A stretch of DNA of 32,000 nucleotides from Pyrobaculum aerophilum str. IM2. GTDB taxonomy: Archaea; Thermoproteota; Thermoprotei; Thermoproteales; Thermoproteaceae. The notes below the pieces were generated by a model. The model had not been told where the DNA came from, made no database searches, and saw only the letters and a program-made list of their open reading frames with translations. Numbering within the stretch: the first letter of the stretch is position 1; each line of letters begins with the position of its first letter. Location of the stretch: contig NC_003364.1 of NCBI RefSeq assembly GCF_000007225.1, positions 2,100,001 through 2,132,000 of the forward strand, written 5' to 3'. Below are positions 25,232-32,000 of this stretch, piece by piece. A program made the position numbers and the translations under genes.

Positions 25232-27118
25232 TTGTCGACGCAAAAAGGCGGTGAAGAGGTGATCGAGATAGTTAGGCATGATTTAGAGGAGGGGCTAAGG
25301 GCCTTGCTGAGCAACGCTGAGCTGAGGGAGGAGCTTAGGGAAAAGGCGTTAAGACTCCTTGACGAGATGAAAATCTCAGTTCAAGGCGCAGACAAGAGTG
25401 AAAAGGGTAGAGAGAGGGTAGAGGACACAAGGAATAAGATAAAGGAGCGTATAGAGAAGTTCTTAACCGAGTTGAGGCTTGGAGAGAACAGTTCCGTCTG
25501 TCTTGTCAACTGTCAATTCGGCGAGCCCGTGCTGACGTATAAGCACGAGCCGTACGCCCGCATAATTGCGCCGTTAGTACATTACATCGCCTCAAACGCG
25601 CCGGAGGAGGAGGTCATGAGATTCCTAGCATATGCTGTACTTTTCGACGGAAGCATAGAACACGACAGAGTATCCCTCATGCTGGGCAATTTCCACGTAA
25701 AGGAGGCGTCAAAACGTCTCCCGCTTGATATGTACGACAAAATCGCTCTGTATATAATCCTCGCCGCGAAATACGGCGTGGGTATCAGGACAATTTTCGT
25801 CGGGGAGTATGAGACAATATTGTACTTTGACAGGAAGTATGTTGCAAAAATGTTCTCCCTTGTGTGGGGAGATCTCACAACCCTGTGGAGATTAGGCAGA
25901 ACGCTGGTATCACGCGCCGATCACATTTTCAAGAAGCTTGAAAACATTAGGATGTATGTTGAAGAGTTTGCAAACAGGCTGAAAATTGTCTGCATTCTAA
26001 AGAGTTTCTCAAACACAATCCCCTATGTAACGTTGTTGTTCTGGGAGGACAGCTGGCGGGAATTTGCACGTATATACATTAAATGGTGTCGGAATAAGCT
26101 GTGCGCTTACTTTAGGGGCGCCAAGGAAAAGGCAAAGCGCGCGGCTTCTGTGCTTAGCGCACTGGGCGCCACAGTGATAGTAAAGAAGTATGACGGGGAG
26201 TGGCGCGTCGCCCTTAAGGCGGACTCCATTACTGCCGTCCGCCGGACAGAATGGCTCGACGCAGTCCGCGCCCTCGTGGAGGAACTACACAGGAGGGGCA
26301 TAATAAGCGGGCGACAAAGGAGGCGATTGCTGAGGGAGATCGACGCCGGACCCAACGTGGTAGAGATGGCGGGGGTAGAATTCACCGTTAGAACAAAGGG
26401 CAGGCAGATCATAATAAAGCGCGAATCACTGTTGGCGGAGGTCATAAATTCGACAGTAGAGACACTCAAATCTGCCGGTCTCGAGGAGGGCGCCCACTTC
26501 ATTGCGAAAAGGCCTGATGGCAGTAGCTTGGGCTACGTGTACATAAGTGTGCCGACCGGGCTGTGGCAACTGGAGGAGTTAAGGAGACAGGGTATAGACT
26601 GGGCCGACAGAGCGCTAAAGCGCCTGGAGGAGATTGCAAAGGCCAGAGGCTTCTACGACGTGCTACAAAAGCACTTAAGATTGGCCAGGGAAGCGGAGAC
26701 CGTTAATCCGCGGGGACTGGTAGTAGAGGATCCTGGGGCGGGCGTCAGGGCCGAAATTAGAGACGTGAGGGTGGAGTGGACTGGCCGGAGGCCGAGAGTC
26801 GTGATCGAATACGAGGCGGGCGGACAGATCAAGTCGTTCTCCTTTATCTGGGGGCTGAAGACGCGGAGGGCAATTGTGGCAACTGTGAAACTAAACGCTG
26901 AAAGGGCCCTACTCTTGGCCGCCCTGACTGGCGACGGGAGGCTGAAGGGGAAGAGGGGGGCTTTACAGCTCCACGCCAAGCACTTGCTCGCCCTGACCAA
27001 GTACAAGGGCGTGGGTTTGTCCCCCGTTTTTTCCCTCCCGGTTTCACGGCTCTTTACAGATATCCTCCCGTGGCTGGTTCAGTGGCGGGGATGTGCTATT
27101 TGGGGATTGATTACCTAG
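25232..27118 (+). CDS. large hypothetical protein with LAGLIDADG-like motifs (possibly paREP2b-like)
   Basis: 628 aa; FLAYAVLFDGSIEHDRVSLML (~aa 131) and LLAALTGDGRLKGKRGALQL (~aa 561); 6-nt gap to the upstream ORF; stop lies inside DR2. Confidence 0.55.
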   Translation: MSTQKGGEEVIEIVRHDLEEGLRALLSNAELREELREKALRLLDEMKISVQGADKSEKGRERVEDTRNKIKERIEKFLTELRLGENSSVCLVNCQFGEPVLTYKHEPYARIIAPLVHYIASNAPEEEVMRFLAYAVLFDGSIEHDRVSLMLGNFHVKEASKRLPLDMYDKIALYIILAAKYGVGIRTIFVGEYETILYFDRKYVAKMFSLVWGDLTTLWRLGRTLVSRADHIFKKLENIRMYVEEFANRLKIVCILKSFSNTIPYVTLLFWEDSWREFARIYIKWCRNKLCAYFRGAKEKAKRAASVLSALGATVIVKKYDGEWRVALKADSITAVRRTEWLDAVRALVEELHRRGIISGRQRRRLLREIDAGPNVVEMAGVEFTVRTKGRQIIIKRESLLAEVINSTVETLKSAGLEEGAHFIAKRPDGSSLGYVYISVPTGLWQLEELRRQGIDWADRALKRLEEIAKARGFYDVLQKHLRLAREAETVNPRGLVVEDPGAGVRAEIRDVRVEWTGRRPRVVIEYEAGGQIKSFSFIWGLKTRRAIVATVKLNAERALLLAALTGDGRLKGKRGALQLHAKHLLALTKYKGVGLSPVFSLPVSRLFTDILPWLVQWRGCAIWGLIT

Positions 27119-27155
27119 AGGAAAAATGCTTTAAAAATGACAAAGAAACAAATAA
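27107..27155. repeat. direct repeat DR2, right copy (49 bp)
   Basis: 43/49 identical to 15762-15810; contains the stop of ORF 25232-27118 and the ATG of ORF 27137-27547. Confidence 0.8.
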
Positions 27156-27547
27156 ATAGAGGGGATTTCTCTAAATATATGGCCGATATCAGAACTCTAT
27201 CCCGAACTTACAACGGCAAAACAGATACCTTTCGCGTTAAGCTCATTACCATAAGGTTTTTAAGAGAACAAGTACAAAACGCCAAGGGGAATCTCATAAC
27301 GTTTAGGCCCTCAAAAGTGGCCCAAGATCTGCAGTTATACGGGCGTCAAGATCTAAGGGCGAAAACTGTTTTAATTAGAGCGTTTCTCGACGATTTAGTA
27401 CAGAGAGGGTATATTACAATTATCAAGAGAAGCGCCAGGGGGAAGGTATACGGCTTATACAAATCCAACAGGTACTGGGACATGTTAACAATATATGAGC
27501 CCGAAAAAGTTCTCGAGCTCCTCGAGGCCGAGAAAATTCAACAATAG
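27137..27547 (+). CDS. wHTH-like DNA-binding protein
   Basis: 136 aa; AFLDDLVQRGYITIIKRSARGKVYGLY resembles a recognition helix plus wing. Confidence 0.5.
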   Translation: MTKKQINRGDFSKYMADIRTLSRTYNGKTDTFRVKLITIRFLREQVQNAKGNLITFRPSKVAQDLQLYGRQDLRAKTVLIRAFLDDLVQRGYITIIKRSARGKVYGLYKSNRYWDMLTIYEPEKVLELLEAEKIQQ

Positions 27548-27575
27548 GATTTATATTAAGAGTGGAGCTAGATAA

Positions 27576-28466
27576 GTGCAGGGATTAGAACTCATAGAGT
27601 TTTTAAAAAGGCGTTATAAGAAAGAGAGCTATAAGGCGGCTTTAGTCGGAGCTTACAGAGACGGGAGGCTTGTTGACCCCCCACCCCTTCAGACAGGCCT
27701 TTACTTCTTACTAACGCCCATAGCCCTTTCAGTAATTCCGTTAATAGCTGTAAAAGACGTGTTCATACAATGGGCTTTAGGCGTAGCGGTAATTATAGCA
27801 TCGTATTTAATTTTCTATTTCTACTTAAGGAGGAAGTGTTTTGTACCAGATGCCGTTAAAGTAGTGAGGACTAACTTCGGAGACGTGGAGTACTTGAGGA
27901 GGCATAAACTTGAAATTTTAGAAAACCCCGGAGTTTTACCAGGCGACTACGAGTTTTACTACGCCCCCGTCAACGTCTGCGTTGCCTGGGACAAAAGGGC
28001 CAACGCCTTTACTCTAGACGGCCCCCGGGGCCCCGTTATTTATTTTACCACGGGCATATTCGCCAGGCTTTCCCCAGAGGAGTTGCAGGCAGTGTTAGAA
28101 CACGAGAGGGGCCACGTGGCGTTTAAACATACTCATAAACTACTGGCCTTCCTAGTGGCTGAGTACAGCCTCAGACTCCCGCTGGTGCATTTATTATACG
28201 CCAAGGTCTCAATAATGTTGCTGGCTGTGCACTTAATAGGCGTGGTTCTGGTCTACGCCGCCATGTTACAAGCCTTTGAATTCGAGGCGGATAAATACGC
28301 CGCCTCAAAACACAGAGAAAAGCTGGCCTCGGCCTTAGTCAAGCTTGACTGGAACGGCATAGTGGAGGCAGCGCTCAACCCCTTGGCGGCAAGGCTAACG
28401 CTACTAGCCCGCACCCACCCCCTCACGGTAGACAGGCTTAGGAAACTACATGCAATTCCTAACTAG
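27576..28466 (+). CDS. htpX: M48-family (HtpX-like) membrane Zn metalloprotease
   Basis: HEXXH as LEHERGHVAF, downstream EFEADKYA third-ligand motif, flanking TM segments. Confidence 0.8.
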   Translation: MQGLELIEFLKRRYKKESYKAALVGAYRDGRLVDPPPLQTGLYFLLTPIALSVIPLIAVKDVFIQWALGVAVIIASYLIFYFYLRRKCFVPDAVKVVRTNFGDVEYLRRHKLEILENPGVLPGDYEFYYAPVNVCVAWDKRANAFTLDGPRGPVIYFTTGIFARLSPEELQAVLEHERGHVAFKHTHKLLAFLVAEYSLRLPLVHLLYAKVSIMLLAVHLIGVVLVYAAMLQAFEFEADKYAASKHREKLASALVKLDWNGIVEAALNPLAARLTLLARTHPLTVDRLRKLHAIPN

Positions 28467-28833
28467 ACTTGCGCGCATTATTGAGCAGTTAGATAAACTG
28501 GCTCAGAAATACCAAGACGATGAATTAAAAAACGTGGTTTCCGATTTATATAAACAATTGACACTCATTATAAATCTACTTGAAAAAATATATTCAATTT
28601 ATACAGAACTAGATATAATTATGAAAACAGACCTTAAAATTGAGCCGGGCCTCTACGTGGATATTGAACTGCCCCACCAACAAGAAAAATTGGCGGATTT
28701 CTTAAACAAGGTTAAAAGCCAAGGACACGATCCCAACAGGGCCCTCGCCTATTTCCTGGGGGTAGGGGCTGTGGAGATAGAAGTTAAAGACGGCGAGTTG
28801 TATATACGGCCTAGAGAGCAACGCCGCCGTTAG
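28450..28833 (+). CDS. hypothetical coiled-coil protein
   Basis: 127 aa; overlaps the htpX-like ORF by 17 nt; no motif. Confidence 0.45.
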   Translation: MQFLTRLARIIEQLDKLAQKYQDDELKNVVSDLYKQLTLIINLLEKIYSIYTELDIIMKTDLKIEPGLYVDIELPHQQEKLADFLNKVKSQGHDPNRALAYFLGVGAVEIEVKDGELYIRPREQRRR

Positions 28834-28918
28834 ACGCGGCGAAATATCAGCGCTATTAACCTCAATCACCAATCATACAGCCTGGTCTCCTCACCGAATA
28901 AGGTTAAACACAGGGATT

Positions 28919-29446
28919 TTAACAATTTTCCAGTAGCTGTACGTGTCTCCTCAAAACCTCGCCTATTTCTATACTTGTCCTATACTTCTTCTTGAAATCG
29001 CCGGCCTTGACCCTGGCGAATTTGCCGGTAAAAATTATTTCTGCTGTGGACGTCGGCGTGACGTAGGGCTTGAAAATAACGCCTTCTGTGCTTATTTCTA
29101 AGGGGCCAGTGTATGTATAATACCTAGACTTGACCGCGCTCCCTACCCGGTCCATTAAGCGGCTTAACAACCACGTCGCCTTTTTCAACTCCTCGCTGGT
29201 TATAACACATTCCCTTTCCCTCGTCACTACCGCCGCATAGCTAGACTTAGCGTATAGGTGGGAGGCGAGGATTCTATCGCCAGCGGTTATGGTTATTGCC
29301 CTTACGCCAGGGCTGGAGGTTATTGACAGGAGTGTTTTAGACAAGTTCCAGCGGTGTGTAGCCATCGGGGCATTTGTATTGAAGCTTTCTGGCGCAGACG
29401 TCGCAAAAGACGTAACCCCACTTCTTACAGATATATCTATCATCAA
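28919..29446 (-). CDS. hypothetical protein (true start may be the internal Met, MATHRWNL)
   Basis: 175-aa ORF; its first ~27 codons overlap, in another frame, a more convincing Zn-ribbon ORF. Confidence 0.5.
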   Translation of the reverse strand: MMIDISVRSGVTSFATSAPESFNTNAPMATHRWNLSKTLLSITSSPGVRAITITAGDRILASHLYAKSSYAAVVTRERECVITSEELKKATWLLSRLMDRVGSAVKSRYYTYTGPLEISTEGVIFKPYVTPTSTAEIIFTGKFARVKAGDFKKKYRTSIEIGEVLRRHVQLLENC

Positions 29447-29513
29447 AGGCGTAGATCCTCTTACCGCATCGAGAGCACCTCCCCACCATTAGAGTCTTCG
29501 GCGGGTAGACCAT
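29337..29513 (-). CDS. small Zn-ribbon protein (not in ORF track, 58 aa)
   Basis: My translation: MVYPPKTLMVGRCSRCGKRIYAFDDRYICKKWGYVFCDVCARKLQYKCPDGYTPLELV*; CxxC ... C ... CxxC ... C; A/T box upstream in the divergent promoter region. Confidence 0.4.
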   Translation of the reverse strand: MVYPPKTLMVGRCSRCGKRIYAFDDRYICKKWGYVFCDVCARKLQYKCPDGYTPLELV

Positions 29514-29550
29514 AGGGGTGAGGCATAAATAGGGTTAAAAAATATTTCCC

Positions 29551-30276
29551 ATGATTATAGGGGTACTACACCTCCTTCCCATTGACGACCCCGAGTTTTT
29601 TAACCACGCCGTTCGGAACGCAAGGAGGCTGGAAGAGGCAGGCGCAGACGCCATTATAGTTGAAAATTACTACGACACGCCCTTCAAGCCTTATGCAGAC
29701 TTTCCCAGAGCCGTGGCCGTCGCGGCGGCAGTGCGGGACGTTGTGAGAGAGGTTTCAATTCCCGTCGGCGTAAACCTCTTGAGAAACGCTTGTAGAAAAG
29801 CGGCAGTAATAGCTCGGTACGCAGGCGGCAGGTTTATCCGCTGTAATGCATATACAGACGTCGTCCTCACAGAGTCCGGCCTCCTACTGCCCCAAGCGCC
29901 TTATATAAAAGGCGTAAAGGTACTGGCTGACGTGCACGTAAAACACGGCATGACGGTATACCCGCCCACGCTGGCCGAGGCCGTAGAGACGGCGTCGACA
30001 AGGGCGGCGCCAGACGCCATAGTTATAACCGGCAGGAAGACGGGAGAGCCCCCGGACCCGGTGGAAATAGCGACGGCGAGAGCCCACACAGACCTCCCAG
30101 TTCTGGCGGGCAGCGGGATTTGCTTCAACACCCTAAATCTCTTGAAAATAGTAGACGGGGCCATTATCGGCACGTGTCTTAAGTCAGGCCGGGAGGTGGA
30201 TTTAGAAAAAGCCGCGAGGCTGATAAAAGAGGCCAGGCAAGTCTTAAAGCCGAGGAGAGCGCTTGTCTTACGGTAA
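29551..30276 (+). CDS. BtpA/SgcQ-family TIM-barrel protein
   Basis: IIGVLHLLPI...EEAGADAIIVENYYDTPF matches my recollection of the BtpA family N-terminus. Confidence 0.6.
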   Translation: MIIGVLHLLPIDDPEFFNHAVRNARRLEEAGADAIIVENYYDTPFKPYADFPRAVAVAAAVRDVVREVSIPVGVNLLRNACRKAAVIARYAGGRFIRCNAYTDVVLTESGLLLPQAPYIKGVKVLADVHVKHGMTVYPPTLAEAVETASTRAAPDAIVITGRKTGEPPDPVEIATARAHTDLPVLAGSGICFNTLNLLKIVDGAIIGTCLKSGREVDLEKAARLIKEARQVLKPRRALVLR

Positions 30277-31374
30277 AATCTCCCCCTCTTTTACGTCCTG
30301 TTCAACTTCTCTATTGGGGCCAATTGAGGCGCCGCGCCCCACGAGAACTTCGTCGCGTATATAGACGCCGTCTGCCACCACGGCCTCGATTACTCTAGTC
30401 CATTTCCCAAGGACGACTCCCTCCCCAATTATAGACTTAGCCACGTACGCCCCCGCCTCGGCCACTACGCCGTCCATTAAGACGCTTTCTCGAATTCTCA
30501 CGTTAGGCCCCAGCCTGCTGCCGTTTCCAATCACTACGTAGGGGCCTAGGACGCTGCCCGGTCCCACGACGGCGCCCTCGCCTATATAAACAGGGGGGAT
30601 TATCTTAACCCCCGGCACTTCTCTGTGGCAATTACACCTCTCCAACGCGGCGAAATTCGCCTTTAAATAATCCCCGTGAGTTCCTATATCAAACCACAGC
30701 CCCCTGTGCACGTAGCCGTAAATGTCGAATTTTTGCATTAACTTAGGTATTATGTGCTTGGCTATTTTCAACTCCCCCGAGTTTATATCGGGGAATTGGG
30801 CAATGGCCTCGGGCTCAAATATGTAAATACCGGCATTCGCCAAATTGCTCCCCACGGGCTCCTTGGGCTTTTCTACAAACCTCTTAACCCGCTCCCCCTC
30901 TAATACTGCTATGCCGAACCTGCCGATCTCCTCAGGGGGCACTTCAATAAGGGCTATTGTCACGGCTCCCCCCATCTTTTTGTGAAAATCCCACATTTCC
31001 CTTATAGATATATCCGTAAACACGTCCCCGTTGGCCACTATAACCGGCCCCCTCAAGCCCAAGCTTTTAATTACATTTACAACCGCCCCGCCGTCTCCCA
31101 AAGGCCTATCCTCCTCGACGACGCGCACTCTGCCGCCCCATTTGGCATTGACGTGATTTCTTATTATATACGATAAGTACCTCGCCGAGATTACAGGCTC
31201 AGCCACCTCGCTTACTTTTTCAATAACCCAGTCAATTACGGGCCTGCCCAAGATGGGAAATAACGGCTTCGGCTTAGTGTAGCTAAGCGGCCTCAGCCTC
31301 GTCGCGAACCCCCCCGCGAGTATAATGCCACACTCAGCCACGTCAATTTTAGAAGAGGAGATTAATAAATTCAA
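30268..31374 (-). CDS. sugar-phosphate nucleotidyltransferase with C-terminal left-handed beta-helix
   Basis: GIILAGGFATRLRPLSYTKPKPLFPI signature; C-terminal hexapeptide-like repeats (IGEGAVVGPGSVLGPYVVIGNGSRLGPNVRI). Confidence 0.85.
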   Translation of the reverse strand: MNLLISSSKIDVAECGIILAGGFATRLRPLSYTKPKPLFPILGRPVIDWVIEKVSEVAEPVISARYLSYIIRNHVNAKWGGRVRVVEEDRPLGDGGAVVNVIKSLGLRGPVIVANGDVFTDISIREMWDFHKKMGGAVTIALIEVPPEEIGRFGIAVLEGERVKRFVEKPKEPVGSNLANAGIYIFEPEAIAQFPDINSGELKIAKHIIPKLMQKFDIYGYVHRGLWFDIGTHGDYLKANFAALERCNCHREVPGVKIIPPVYIGEGAVVGPGSVLGPYVVIGNGSRLGPNVRIRESVLMDGVVAEAGAYVAKSIIGEGVVLGKWTRVIEAVVADGVYIRDEVLVGRGASIGPNREVEQDVKEGEILP

Positions 31375-31990
31375 ATGCTGTTATTTCCGCCTCCGCAACG
31401 TCTACCTCTTTTCTCTGCAAGACGTTGCCGCCCTCGCCCATAATGAAAAAAGCCTTTTTACTCCTCGGGGACGAGGCGTTTAGGTAGAATTTCGCCACTA
31501 TGTATCTATTCCCCCTCCTGACGAATATCTCGTAAGGCATTAAGCCCAGCCTGCAAGTGCAGTTGAGATTAAGCTCGCCGCCTCTCTGTAGAACTTTAGC
31601 CGTTGCCCATATTTTTTTAGCCAGCTCGATGTCGGAGGGAACTGCGTTTATGTGAAGCAGAGACCCAGCCCTGGAGGCGCCCACGGCCACTGAGGGGCTT
31701 GCGTCAGTGAGATACAAAGGCTTGTTCCACACAGGCTCCCACGCGCCGAACTCTCTGGCTTTTACGTGGCGTAAAGTCACGGCCCTTTTCGCCAACGGCT
31801 TTAAGCCCTCTAAGTCGAGCACGTAGACTGGCTTGGCCAGGGCCACTCCCTTCACAATAGTGGTGGAAAAAGAGGCAATGGCTAAATGGCCTATTATAAA
31901 TTCGCCGCTTATGCCGGGCTCTGCGGAGTCTATCTCAACCCCTATGTACTCCTCAGCCCTCTTGCCGCTCTCTACTTCTAAATAAAACAC
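31349..31990 (-). CDS. hypothetical protein (frame open to window edge)
   Basis: 213 aa from the GTG at 31990; no stop upstream within the window; overlaps the downstream gene by 26 nt. Confidence 0.45.
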   Translation of the reverse strand: MFYLEVESGKRAEEYIGVEIDSAEPGISGEFIIGHLAIASFSTTIVKGVALAKPVYVLDLEGLKPLAKRAVTLRHVKAREFGAWEPVWNKPLYLTDASPSVAVGASRAGSLLHINAVPSDIELAKKIWATAKVLQRGGELNLNCTCRLGLMPYEIFVRRGNRYIVAKFYLNASSPRSKKAFFIMGEGGNVLQRKEVDVAEAEITAFEFINLLF

Positions 31991-32000
31991 CTTGTTTTTC

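Larger units (their letters stand above)
15811..27106. mobile_element. putative ~11.3-kb integrated element between DR2 copies
   Basis: Bounded by DR2; interrupts a same-strand tightly packed gene cluster; contains a GC-rich core, TnpB-like, GIY-YIG and HerA/VirB4-like genes. Confidence 0.5.

Overview
The window looks like a hyperthermophilic crenarchaeal chromosome, Pyrobaculum/Thermoproteus-like. That attribution rests on my recollection of the protein sequences and on TATA-like boxes about 25 nt upstream of start codons (leaderless style), not on a search. The housekeeping backbone comprises a Sir2 deacylase, an S16 Lon-type protease, a purine PRTase, CTP synthase (pyrG), a NuoA-like protein, a DMT-like permease, SurE, an HtpX-type M48 protease, a BtpA-family protein and an NDP-sugar pyrophosphorylase. 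Three accessory segments stand out. (1) A 2.6-kb islet (1470-4042) is bounded by a 65-68 bp direct repeat that duplicates the Sir2 promoter and start codon. (2) A serine-recombinase gene pair lies at 6.2-7.6 kb. (3) An ~11.3-kb insertion (15811-27106) is bounded by a 49-bp imperfect direct repeat and splits a tightly packed same-strand gene cluster (XPD-like Fe-S helicase, mini HerA-like ATPase ... wHTH, HtpX). The insertion has a strongly GC-rich core (~16.0-24.0 kb). On its minus strand this core encodes signal-peptide surface-glycoprotein-like ORFs whose pieces are joined in frame across three stop codons (TGA 21970, TAG 21046, TAG 20034). It also encodes a membrane-anchored HerA/VirB4-like ATPase and a compact TnpB/OrfB-like protein with non-canonical RuvC residues. 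Three copies of a ~105-bp dyad-symmetric module centred on CCTGAAAAATTCAGG punctuate the core. I found no rRNA, tRNA or CRISPR array by eye.
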